From NCBI GenBank assembly GCA_028826165.1, contig JAPDFW010000054.1, positions 1-64,000 of the forward strand: 64,000 nucleotides of DNA. Reading direction: 5' to 3'. The position numbers and the translations under genes are program-made. Below, piece by piece: positions 1 to 13,348 of the stretch (positions are counted from its first letter, which is position 1; each line of letters opens with the position of its first letter). Source of the DNA: Anaeramoeba ignava BMAN. Its lineage: Eukaryota > Protista > Anaeramoebae. Under the pieces are notes generated by a model, which was given only the letters and a program-made list of their open reading frames with translations, did no database searches and had not been told where the DNA came from.

Positions 1-3000
1 ATTCTGATGAAGATGGATTTGTAAAATTTTCAAATCTTTCAATTATTTCAGGAACAAGTCAAACAATTAATTTAACATTTTTGCTGAATGTGGAATTGAA
101 AGTGAAAATGAATTTAAAAAGAATGGACCTTGTAAATATTATTTATTTTTAATTATATTAATTCAATTAAATTTTAAATTAATTTTAAATTAATTTAGCT
201 CAAAATATTTCATTAAATTCAATTTCTTCAAATACAACAACATCTCAAATTTCTTTTCCATTTTCAATGAAACCCATAAGTAATTCATTAATTTAATTCA
301 AAATCAATTTAATTTTCATTCATTTATTAAATAATATTCTTTTATTTCTTCGGTTTAGTTGATAAATTTTATTTTGCAAAAAATGGATCTTTTGATAATC
401 AAACATTCAATTTTGGAGAAGAAATTCCACTACTTTTTGGATTTAATTTTGTTGAAATATATTTAAAAAATCAAATTTATTTGAATAATATTTCAATATT
501 TCCAATTACAACAAATAGAACTTGGTTTTATCCTGAATATGAATCTTATTGTAAAAAAAAAAAAATTAAATTAAATTAAAACAATTAATTCTAATTTAAA
601 CTTAAATAGTTTTTGTCAATTTAACTTCATCTTCTTCTTATTCAAATGCTTTATTTCCATCAATTCAAATTATCTATTTATTAAGTGGAGCAACTTCAAC
701 AAAAATGAATTTAACAACTTTTTATGAAGGAAACCAAATCCAAATTTATAATTCTTCACAAAATTCTTATTTAACTGAAAATTATTTTAATTTGAATCTT
801 GAAACAAATGGTTTGAATTTTAAATTTGAATTTTAAATTTAATTTTTTAATTTTAATTTTAATTTGAAAAATAGTTTCCAAAATTGAAATTAATGAAAAT
901 GGATCTTTTATTGTAAAAGAAGGAGAAATATTTTCAAAACCTTGGGAAATTATTGTTAAAGATAATGAAAATAAAACAATTCAAAATAAACCTGTTTTTG
1001 CAAAAATTTCTAAACAATGTAATTTTGAAATTTCAGAAAATCAATCTCCTATTGAAAATTCAAAAGTTCTTTTAAATCCTATTTCTTTTACAAATGAATT
1101 TGGAATGTAAAACAAATTTTAAAAACACAAAATTAACAAAAAATTAATTTTTAATTCAAATTATTTTTTGGAATTATTTTTTAGAGCAACTTTTTCAAAA
1201 TTAAAATTTTCAATTTCAGGATTAACAAAAAATAATTGTTCATTTAAAATTAAATTTATTTCAGATGGAATTTCTATTGAAACTGATAATATTCAAGTTA
1301 ATTCTTCAATGAATAGAATTATTTGGATTGAAGAACATCACCAAACGAAAATAATTAATATTACTAAAGATTTTAAAATAATAAGTAATGATACTTGGCC
1401 TGTTATTCAAGTTCAAAATGAATTTGGAAAAGGAATTCCAAATAAATTAATTTCTTTAAATTGCTCAGATTTTACATTTCAACCTTATAAATTTATCACA
1501 AATCAAAATGGATTTGTTTCTTTATATTTAGATTTTGCTTTAATTCTTCATAATAATTTTAATTATTATTATTATTCTTCTAATTGTTCGGTTATTGTTG
1601 ATGGAATTGAATCAGAAAAAATTAGTATTGGAATTGAAACTACTAAAGATGATTATCGAAAGTTTGATTGGAGTTCAATTTCCAAAATTAATATAACAGA
1701 TTGGAATGAAAATATAAAATCAGGAGAATTGATAAATTTGAATATTTCTATTGTAAATCATCAAGGGAATATTACTTTAAATCAAAATTATAATTTAATA
1801 GGATTTATTAATCCAGGAGATTTACCAATGGGATATTTAATTTATCCTGAAGAAGGATATTGGAATATTATAAATGGAACAGAGATAATATCAACAAGAA
1901 TTTATGGAATTTCAATGAGAACTGAATTATGTTTAGTAGTTGGAAAAGATTATATTCCTGATTTTGAAAATTATGATTGGAAAGAATGCTTTGAAATGAG
2001 TTTATCGAATGATATTGAAAAAGTTGAAATTTCTCATTTTCCAAATCCAAATCAAAATTTTACATCTGGTCAACCTTTTGGAAATGAATCAATCAAATTG
2101 AATATAACTGGGAATAATATTTCAGAAAATAATTTAACTGTTCATATTCTTGCTTTAAATTCAAATAATTATTATGGAAAACTTTTTGGAAGAAATTCAA
2201 GTGAAACAGTAAAAAATGAATCAAATAATTTATATCAATCAAATTATACATTAAATGGAACAGGTTTTTATTTTTATTTTTATTTTTATTTTTAATTCAA
2301 ATTCAAATTAAATTTTTGTATTTTTTATATTTAAATTAGATTTAATTTTGGATAATTTTATAATCAATCAACAATCAATTTATGATTCAAATAATAATCA
2401 ATTCATTCCTTTCAATTTAACGATTTTTGTAAATGGAGTTCCTTCAAATTCAGAAATTCCTGTTAAACTTTGTTTTCCTCATCAATCTTTGAATTTATTT
2501 TTAACTTGGGATATACCTATTACATTTGTATCAGGATATAACAAAATTCCTTCTCAACCAATTTTACAAATTACTGATTCAACAACAGGAGAACCAATTC
2601 AAGGATTTTATGCTTTTTTTTCAATTTTGAATGATTCAGGTGAAGTAATAGATTCCAATACAGAAATAATTGGAGATATTTTAAGTATAGCTCCTTCAAA
2701 TGAAACTGGATATGTAACTTGGAATATTTCTTTTCTTAAAATATCGGAATCAACAACAGTAAAAGCAATATTTTGGATTGCAGATTGTGAATATCCAACT
2801 CTTTATAATAATTCAAATAAGATGGAAGTGGATTTGTATGTTCAAATTGAAGAATTTAATTGGCAATTTTTTGATATTCCTTCTCAAATAGTTTATAATC
2901 AATCTTTCCCAATTTCTCCAAAAGTTCTTGTTTCAAATCAAAATATAAGTGAATCAATTTCCAATAAATATATTATTCTCCAAATGCAAAATAATTCTGA

Positions 3001-6000
3001 TAATACTCAATATCTTGATATCAAAACAGAAATTACAAATGAAAATGGAATTGCAACATTTTCAAATTTATTTTTGGATTTAGAAGAAGGAATAGAAGAA
3101 ATAAATATTCAATTTGTTTGTGATGATAAATCTTATTCACAAAATATAACAGTTCTTTATGAACCAACTAATATTCTAATTTTAAGTTCTGCAATTGATT
3201 CTAAAATTGGAATTCCATTTACTTTTCCTAATCAAGCAATAGCATTTAATAACAAGAGTTATTTAGGTTCATTTGTTGTTCAACTTTTTTCTTTTTCAAT
3301 TCCAATTTCTGGAAAACCAATAACTGCTAAATTAATTTCACAAAATTCAGAAAATGGGAAATTAGATCCATCAACTTCACTTAAAATAACTGATGAAAAT
3401 GGAATTGCAGTTTTCAATTTAAGAATGGAATCAGGAAATTCAGGAAATTATCAAATTAAATTTTCTTATTTAAATTCAATTTCTATTACAAGTGATCCAA
3501 TTTATATTGAAAATCCAATTAAAAACGTAATTTTTAATAAACCAAATTTTCTAAAGGAAGTGGCAATTGGAAATACATTTTCAGCAACAATTAAAATTGA
3601 ATTTTTAAGAGATACAGAAGATTTTGAAAATATTTCTTTTCCAATTAATATTATTACAAAATGCTCAAATGCTTCTGGTTCTATTGATAATATTGTTAAA
3701 AAACCAAATCATGAAATGATTTTAAACAATTTGAAATTTGATTCAGTTTCAGGAGATTCAGAATGTTTGAATGAAGAAGGAAAAGTAAAAGCAGAAATTG
3801 CATTTTCAGTTTTAGGAATTCAATCAAATTTCCAAACAATTTTAGTTACATCACCTGATAAAATTGTTATAACAAAAGCAATTGATTCACTTAAACAATC
3901 TTTTCTTTTTTGGGCTGTTAGTTTATGTCTTATTTTCCCATTTGTTCTTAATTCAACAAAGAATCATAATATTATTACATTTCTTATTGTTATTGGATTA
4001 ATTATTGTTTTGATGGTTTATATTTCAAATTTAATTCCTAAACCAGATAAAATTGAAACAAGACAATTTGTTGCATTATCAATTTTTGAATCAATTCTTA
4101 TTAGTCTTTCTCTTTTGATTTTATTGATTATTATTTTATCAAAATTTATTCCAAAATTTAGAAAATTAATTGAAAAAACATTTTTTATTCATGAAAGAAT
4201 ATCAAATTATTTTATTCTTTTCAAAAGATTACTTCCAATAGGTGCAAACAAATCATTAAAATTTATTGAAATTGAAAAGGAATTTATTGAGAAACAAAAA
4301 CAATCAGAATCAGAATCAGAATTAGAAACAGAAACAGAAACAGAATTAGAAACAGAAACAGAAACAAGTGATTTTGAAAGAAATAAAAAAATTGAAAAAG
4401 TAATTGAAGAAATTGAATTAGAATCTGATTCACAAAATGAAAATGAAAATCAAAATCAAAATCAAATTCAAATTCAAAAACAAAAATTGAAAACAAAAAT
4501 CAAATATAAGAAAATTTCAGAATTAACAGAAACAGAAATTCAATTCCTTTTCCAAAAACATTCCCAAAATTTAGAAAATAAGAAAATTATCAATTCATCA
4601 CAATTTCAAAATCGAATCAAATCAAAAAATAAAATTTTCATTTTTTGGAATTGGATTATTGGATTATTCAAAAAATTAATCAAAAAAATCAAATCAAAAT
4701 TTGAAGATGAACCAAATCCACATCAAGAATATGAAAGTTATTTTGATTTCTATTATCCACAAAGAATGATTGTTTCATTTTGGCTTTGGATTGTATTAGT
4801 TATTTTATTGATTTTACTTATAACAAAATTAATAAGAAGTTCATGTTTAATTACTCAATTATATCGACAACAAGTTATTGGAAATGTTCAACAAAATCAA
4901 TGTTTTGAAGATAAACCAAATGAGGGTGATTATTCAAATGCAATTTCAATTTATGGAGTTGAATTAATTCAAGAACTTGATTCAACTTATTCAAATAATC
5001 CAAATCCATTTCCCAATTCATTTTCAAGATTTATTTATTCATTTTCAAGAAACAAAATAAATCAAATTCTTAATGCAATATCAATTACCTCAGGAATATC
5101 AGGATTAATTGCATTTATTATTCTTCTTTTACTTTGGAGATCAATTTTCAAATTATATAAGAAAAGAATAATGCTTTTAAGACAAGGTAAAAAACCATTT
5201 GCAGGATTTGATACAGCAGATCCAGTTAAAGTAACTTCATATACAAATTTACAAGTTTGGTTAGGATTAATTTCATTCTTTTTAGCTTGGGTTTTTGTTT
5301 TCATCATTTTATTTATTATTCCAGCAATTTATTGGTTTATTTCAAAACAATTTCTTTATGGAGTTTTTAAATATTTCATATACTTTGCTTCAACACTGAT
5401 TGTTTATCAAATTATTTTTGGATTTATTGCTCAAAAAATAATGAGGAAATATTTCACTTATAAAAAGAAAATAACCGATCGAACAGCATTTTCAATTTAT
5501 GATTTTATTAAATTTTTTATGACTATAATTTCAGGAGCAACTTTATCAATTAAAAAATTATTAGGAATGGGAGGTGGATCAATTTTATCAATATTCAGAC
5601 TTGATGATAAAAAATCATTTGATGAATCTTATGCAGCAATGATGTTAATTGATCATGAAACAAATAATCCAATTCTAAGAATTTTTTCAAATTATTTAAT
5701 TAATTTTGTTAATCAGAAAAAAATTATGTTTCAAAAAATATTTCCAAAAGGAATTAATCAAGATCTTTTAAACAAAAAAAAAAGAACACAACTTACTTTT
5801 ATTGAATATCATCCAATTTCTCATGAACCAATTCAAAAAGAAAAAATTAGAAAAATATTTTTATTTCTTCTTACACTTTCATCAAATAAAAATTTAAAAG
5901 AATTAAGAAAAAAAGCACTTAAAATTGAAAAAAGAAGAAAAGAATTAAAGAAAGAAAAAGAAGAAAAAGTTGAAAAATTAATTGAAGAAAAATTCAAATT

Positions 6001-6091
6001 AAATCCAGAAGAAAAAGAAAAAGAAGAAAAAATAATTGATAATCAATTTGAAATTCCTTTAATTCCAAGAAAGAACAACACGATTAATTAA
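1..6091 (+). CDS. Large membrane protein, 5'-partial and multi-exon: repeated Ig-like ectodomain plus a C-terminal STRA6-like multi-TM domain
   Basis: GT-AG introns (e.g. 1107-1184, 2264-2339) join ORFs 1168-2295 and 2348-6091 in frame. Recurrent T(D/N)xNGIAxFxxL motifs in the ectodomain. C-terminal motifs FYYPQRMI, RTAFSIYDF..SIFRLD..D.SY..MMLIDHETNNPILRIF and FLFLLTLSSNKNL..LRK resemble STRA6/RBP-receptor family motifs as I recall them. Confidence 0.65.
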
Positions 6092-6204
6092 TTAATTCAT
6101 TTCAAATTCCACTTTTTTTTTTAAAAAATTTTTTACTTTTTTGGATTTTTTTAATGAGAAAAAAATTTAAAAATTAAAAAAAAAATTCGAAAAAAAATTA
6201 TTTT

Positions 6205-8841
6205 CTAAATCCAAGCATATTGTTCCCAAGCTATTGATATTGCAACAATAAACCATTGAACGAAAACAGTTATTAACATCCAATAATAATCACCAGTTTT
6301 CCAAGTATCAATTTCTTTTGCATCACTTAAAAGTAATTGATTTTGTTCATTAATAAATGTTTCATTTTCAATTTCTTGAGATGAAGTTTCACTTATTTCA
6401 TTATTATTTTCATTTTCATTTTCATTTTCTTTTTTCATTTTCGTTCATTTCTTTATCATTATTTTGATTTTGATTTTCATTTTGATTTTCTTTATCATTT
6501 TGATTTTGATTTTGATTTTGATTTTGATTTTGATTTTGATTTTGATTTTGATTTTCATTTTCATTTTGATTTTTAATTATTTTTTTATTTCCAAATTTTT
6601 GAGAAAGTAAATTAAGATTTGTTGAATAATTTTTTGTTAAAGATGAAAATCCAAGAATTTTCCAATAAAAACGGAACATATTTAATGATTCAAAAACAAC
6701 AAATGCAATTCCAAAAATAAGCCAAGCATATAAATTATTTGAATCATTTTTTTTAAAATGATCTAAAGATTTATCAATTCTTAAAAAGACAAATCCAAAA
6801 ACAATTTGAACAAAAGAATCAACAAAAGTAATATATTGTGGAGTTTTTTTAGAATAAAAATGTAATAATGATCCAACAACTATTCCTGTAGTTACTTGTC
6901 CAACTGAATGATACCCCATTCCTACTCTTTCAATAGCAACAAGAAACATTATTAATCCTCCTAAAATTCTTGAATATAATGGATAAAATGGTTTTTCATC
7001 AATTAGAAATATTCCAACAATTCCACCTGTTAAAGCATCACCTTTCGAATCAAATTAAATATTTTTTATTTTGAATATTATTTATTTTGAATATTTTGAA
7101 TATTTTTATTTTGAATATTATTTATTTTGAATATTATTTAATTTGAATATTTTGAATATTTTGAATATTTTGAATATTTTGAATATTTTGAATATTTTGA
7201 ATATTTTGAATATTTTGAATATTTTGAATATTTTTGAATATTTTGAATATTTTGAATATTTTGAATATTTTGAATATTTTGAATATTTTGAATATTATTG
7301 ATTGAATATTATTTATTTTGAATATTTTGAATATTTTGAATATTTTTTGAATATTTTGAATATTTTGAATATTTTGAATATTTTGAATATTTTGAATATT
7401 TTGAATATTTTATTTATTTTGAATATTTTAAATATTTTTGAATATTATTTATTTTATTTAATTTGAATATTTTGAATATTTTGAATATTATTTATTTTGA
7501 ATATTATTTATTTTGAATATTTTGAATATTTTGAATATTTTTGAATATTTTGAATATTTTGAATATTTTGAATATTTGAATGAATATTATTTATTTTGAA
7601 TATTTTGAATATTATTTTGAATATTTTGAATATTTTGAATATTTTGGATATTTTTTGAGATATTTTGAATATTATTTTGAATATTTTGAATATTATTTAA
7701 ATTTGAATATTATTTATTTTAATCCATTTTGAATATTTTGAATATTTTGAATATTTTGAATATTTTTGAATATATTTTGAATATTTTGAATATTTAAAAT
7801 ATTTTGAAATATTATTTATTTTAAATATTATTTATTTTGAATATTATTTATTTTTGAAATATATTATTTAATTTGAATATTTAATTTTTGAATACTATTT
7901 GAATAAATTTGAATATTTTGAATATTTTAAAATATTTTTATTTTTGAATATTATTTAATTTGAATATTATTTATTTTTGAATATTATTTAATTTGAATAT
8001 TTTGAATATTTTTAATATTTTTTTATGTTTAAAAATATTTAAAAATTATTTATTTTGAATATTTTGAAATTTGAATATTTTTGAATATTTTGAATATTTT
8101 GAATATTTTGAATATTTTGAATATTTTGATTTATTTTAAATATTATTTATTTTGAATATTATTTATTTTGAATATTTTGAATATTATTTATTTTGAATAT
8201 TATTTATTTTGAATATTTTGAATATTTTGAATATTTTGAATATTTTGAATATTTTGAATATTTTGAATAATTTGAATATTTTGGATATTTTGAATATTAT
8301 TTATTTTAATTTAAAATATTAACCTGAAGGCATTCCATAAATACTTCCAAATTGAGATTTTCCACTTCCATTCAAATCACAATTACAAGGTCTATTTTGA
8401 CGAAAAATAGAAAGAAGCATAACATCTAAAGTTAATCCATAACAAATTCTATGTAAAAAATTCAATATTATAAACTTCATTTTAAAAAATCTATAAATAG
8501 TTTGATTTGAATGAACTAATTTTTTTCTTGAACCTAATAAAATCATAGGAAGTGAAAAAATCAATAAGGTTAAAGTAAGACTAATTGTTCTTGGTGCCAT
8601 CCATGAGTTTACAACTTCTCCTAATACTGTCCAACCACCTGTTGGTACTTGTTTAAAACATTTATTGAAAAACTATTTCCAAAAATTAAATTAAAAATTG
8701 AATAAATTATTAAATTAAATTATTAAATTAAATTATTAAATTAAATTATTAAATTAAATATTTATTGAATTAATTTACGTTATTGTTTATTTGATTATCA
8801 CAATAAGGAATTGATTGGGAAAATTCTTGAAGAAAAGTCAT
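6205..8841 (-). CDS. PAP2 (type 2 phosphatidic acid phosphatase) superfamily membrane protein, dolichyldiphosphatase-like
   Basis: ATG at 8841; introns about 8673-8778 and 7042-8323. Spliced motifs FRQNRP, YGMPSGD and ERVGMGYHSVGQV. Apparent 1-nt frameshift in an A-run near 6430 joins ORFs 6422-6949 and 6205-6438. Confidence 0.75.
7042..8323 (-). repeat. Intron filled with a 9-nt tandem repeat (GAATATTTT on +, AAAATATTC on sense)
   Basis: Directly visible; bounded by minus-strand GT (8323) and AG (7042). Confidence 0.9.
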
Positions 8842-8928
8842 TTTTCTTTTGTTTAAAAAAAAATGAAAAAAAAAATTGAAAAAAATTTTTTTATTTTTCA
8901 TTTTTATAAAAATAAAAAATAAATATAA
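8842..8928. promoter_or_regulatory. Compact bidirectional promoter with oppositely oriented TCATTTT (initiator-like) motifs
   Basis: 87 nt between divergent ATGs; AAAATGA at about 8860 and TCATTTT at 8898. Confidence 0.6.
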
Positions 8929-11900
8929 ATGAGCAAAGCTTTTAAAAAATTATTTAAACACAGAAAAAAAAAACAACAAACAGAAAAAATTAACATTTCA
9001 AAAAAAAAAGAAGAAGAAACATCTATTTTTGAACCAAAAGAAATTAAATTATTAAATCCACATTCAGCTGAAGTTCGTTGTGTTTTTATTAGTGAAGATA
9101 ATTGTCTTTATTCTGGAAGTTTTGCAAATGATGTTATTAAACATAAACTTAAAGTAATTTTAATTTTAATTTTAATTTTAATTTTAATTTTAATTTTTAA
9201 TTTTAATTTTTAATTTTAATTTTAATTTTAATTTTAATTTTAATTTTAATTTTAATTTTAATTTTAATTTTAATTTTTAATTTTAATTTTAATTTTAATT
9301 TTAATTTTAATTTTAATTTATGCCAATTTTTATCTTTTAATTTTTGGAATTTTAATTTTACTTTTTAATTTTTGAAAAATTTTTAATTTTAATTTTAATT
9401 TTAATTTTAAAATTAAATTAAATTAAATTTTTAATTTAAAAATTTTAATTTTTAAAATTTTAATTTTAATTTTAATTTGATTTAATTTTAATTTTTTGAA
9501 GAAAAATTTTAATTTTTAAAAATTTTTAAAAAAAAATCAAATTTAAAAATTTTCAAAATGAGCAAATTTTTAAAAATTTTAAAAATTTTTAAAATCAAAA
9601 TTCAAAAATTATTTTTAAAAATCAAAAATTTTAATTTAAATTAAAAAATCCAAATTCAATTCAAATTTTTAATTTTGTTTTTTTAAAAATAATTTTTAAT
9701 TTTAATTTTTAATTTTAATTTTAATTTTTTTTTAATTTTAATTTTAATTTTTTTTAATTTTTAATTTTAATTTTAATTTTAATTTTAATTTTAATTTTAA
9801 TTTTAATTTTAATTATAATTTTAATTTTTTAGAATGATTCTTTTAAGAAAATTTGGCAAACAAAAACTTCTAGTTATATTTTTTCTTTATCTATTTATCT
9901 TGGAAGACTTTATGCAACTGGTTCTTCAATTTTTTGTTTTGATCCTAAAGTAAATTTTGAATTCAAAATCAAAATAAAATTCAAAAAATTCAAATTAAAT
10001 TCAAAAAAATTAAAATAAAATTAAAATTAAAATTCAAAAATCAAAATAAAAATGAAAAATCAAATTTAAAAATCAGAGCAAAATCAAATTCAAATTCAAA
10101 TTCAAAATAAAAATCAAATTCAAATTCAAATTCAAAATCAAAATAAAAATAAAAATAAAAATCAAATTTAAAATCAAAATCAAAATCAAATTTAAAATAA
10201 AAATCAAATTCAAATTCAAATTCAAATTCAAATTTAAAATCAAATTTAAAATTCAAATTCAAATTCAAATTTAAAATCAAAATCAAATTCAAATTCAAAA
10301 TAAAATTCAAATTAAAATTCAAAATCAAATTCAAATTCAAATTCAAATTCAAATTCAAATTCAAATTAAAAATCAAATTTAAAATCAAAATTAAATAAAA
10401 TAAAAATAAAAATCAAAATCAAAAATAAAAATCAAAATCAAATTCAAAAAAATCAAAATTCAAAATCAAAATCAAAATCAAAATCAAAATTCAAATCAAA
10501 TTCAAATTCAAATTCAAATTAAAAATAAAAAATTCAAATCAAAAAATCAAATTCAAATTAAAATCAAATTCAAAATCAAAAATTAAAAATCAAATTCAAA
10601 TAAAAATAAAAATAAAAATAAAAATAAAAATCAAAATCAAAAATCAAAATCAAAATAAAAATAAAAATCAAAATAAAAATAAAAATAAAAATCAAAAATC
10701 AAAATCAAAATAAAAATAAAATTCAAAAATCAAATTCAAATTCAAATCAAAATAAAAATAAATCAAATTCAAATTCAAATTCAAAATCAAAATCAAAAAT
10801 CAAATTCAAAATCAAATTTAAAAATCAAATTCAAATTCAAATTAAAATCAAAATTCAAAAAAATCAAATCAAATAAAAATAAAAATAAAAATCAAAATAA
10901 AATAAAATTCAAAATCAAAATCAAAATCAAAATAAAATTCAAAAATCAAATTCAAAAATAAAAACAAAAATAAAAATAAAAATCAAATCAAAATCAAAAT
11001 CAAAATCAAAAAAATAAAAATCAAATTCAAATCAAAATTAAAAATCAAATTCAAAATCAAAATCAAATTCAAAATCAAAATCAAATTCAAAATAAATATC
11101 AAAATCAAAATCAAAATCAAAATCAAAATCAAAATTAAAAATCAAAATCAAATTAAAAATTCAAATCAAAATTCAAATTCAAATTAAAAATCAAAATCAA
11201 AATCAAAATCAAATTCAAAATCAAAATCAAAATCAAAATCAAAATAAAAATCAAAATCAAAATCAAAATCAAAATTAAAATTCAAAATCAAAATCAAAAT
11301 CAAAATAAAAATAAAAATAAAAATAAAAATCAAAATAAAAATAAAAATAAAAATAAAAATCAAATTTAGAATGGAGATATGAAATGGTCATATAGTAAAG
11401 GTCTCAATGGTTATTCATTTGTTAATGTTTGGTATAAAGGTTCATTATTTGTTGGAGGAGCTGATACTTTCCTTAGAAAATTTCAACTTGTAAAAAAAAA
11501 ATAATTTAAAATTCTTCTGATAAAAAAAAAATTGAAAATGTTACTTTTTTTTTTTAAGGATAACAACGAAGAACTAATTGAAATCCAAAAAGTTAAAAAT
11601 AATGGACGAATTTGGTCAATTAAATTTTATGATGATAAATTATACACTTCTTCTTCAAATGGATCCATTATTGAATGGGATTATGAAGTATATTTTATTG
11701 ATCATTTTATTCAAAAAAATTTAAAAAAGAATTTAATATTTTTTTCCCTTTCAAGACTTTTCAACAACGTAGACTCATTTCAGGTTCACCTGTTGGTGCT
11801 TGGGGCTTAGAAATTTCAAACTCAGTTATCTTCTCTTGTGGAAAAGATGGGGAAATTCAAACAATAGATCTTCCTGTATTTTAAATTTTTTAAATTATTT

Positions 11901-13016
11901 AAATTATTAAATTATTCAATTAAATTTCTGTTATTTAAAAATAAAAAAAAATTAGACAGGAAATCCTATTAGAAAATTTAATGAAAAACAAAGTGCAATT
12001 ATTGATTCATGTTTATACAAAAATTTATTGTTTACTTGTGGTGATTCTGGTGTTGTTTTTTGTTTTAATATTCTTGTATTTTAAATATATATAAAAAAAA
12101 CTTGTTCTATTAAAAAAAATTGATTCAACAAAAAAAAATAAAAAGACAGAAAAATTGGTTGCAAGATTTAAAACAGAAGCTAAAAATTGGACTATTACAG
12201 TTTCTAATGATAGATTATATGCTGGAACAACTAATTCCAAAATTTATGTTTTTGATATTGCTGTATTAATTGAAAAACAAAATCCATTTTTATTATTCAT
12301 TTTCTTCATTTAAATTTTTTCATTCAAAATCAAAAATACACTTTTTTTTTGTTGCTTGTTAAAAGGAATTAAATCCATTTAATTGTTTATCTCAAGATTT
12401 GAAACAATTATTCTCAAGACAAGAACTTTGTGATAATTCAATTCAAACACTTGAAGGAACTGTTAATTTTCATGATTATTTTGTCAGAAAAAGATTAGAA
12501 ATTGAAAATATTAACAAATTTCAATCAGTATTTTTATCCAAAAAACAAGAAGAGATTGAAACATTTTTTGAATGGATTTATACTGGATTCACAAAAAATA
12601 ATGAATTGGTTTCAGGAATTTTAAAAGAAATGTCGATTAATTTTTTCAATCAAAAAAATAATCAAAAAGCTTTGCAAAAAGATCTTAAAAAAATGTATGA
12701 AGACGATGATTCAAAAGAATTTACAATATTTGTTGATTCAAAACCCATCAAAATTCATAAATTCATTTTGCTATCAAGAAGTGATTTATATCGAGGAATG
12801 TTTTTGTCAGTAACTGAAGATAATTCAAATAAAGTTACTGATTATAGTGGGAAATCTTTTAAGGCTGTTGGAGCTTTAGTCTATTTTTTATATCTTGGAA
12901 AATTACCCAAATATTTAAAAAAATCAACTTTGGAAGAGCTTCAAGATGCTATTGATTATTATCAATTAAATGAAAATTCAAATTTACCAACTGAAATTGA
13001 AAAATTACTAAAATAA
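8929..13016 (+). CDS. WD40-repeat plus C-terminal BTB/POZ protein, 8 exons
   Basis: Exons 8929-9153, 9833-9949, 11370-11489, 11559-11687, 11756-11875, 11956-12075, 12146-12262, 12366-13016, all phase 0. WD-like LYTSSSNGSIIEWD; BTB-like IKIHKFILLSRS..FLYLG. Confidence 0.8.
9154..9832 (+). repeat. Intron with (TTTTAA)n
   Basis: Visible hexamer array between GT 9154 and AG 9832. Confidence 0.9.
9950..11369 (+). repeat. Intron with (AAAATC/AAATTC/AAAAAT)n
   Basis: Visible degenerate hexamer array between GT 9950 and AG 11369. Confidence 0.9.
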
Positions 13017-13348
13017 CCAAAACAAAACAAAACAAAACAAAACAATAATCATTTATTATTATTATTATTTCTTATTATTATTATTATTATTATTATTTTT
13101 TTGATTTTGGGGGATTTTTGTTGAGAAAAAAAACATAAAGGAAAAAAAAATTTTTTTTCTTTTTTAATTTTATTTGAATTTGAATTTGAATTTAATTAGT
13201 TTAGGGGTAAATTTTTATTTGAAAGTAAAAAAAAAAAATTCTTTTTAAGATCTTTTTAAAAAAAAAAATTCCCATTTCTTTGATTAAAATTAAATTAAAA
13301 AAAGAAAAAAAAAATTTTTTTCACTTTTCATTTTAAAAAATAAATAAA

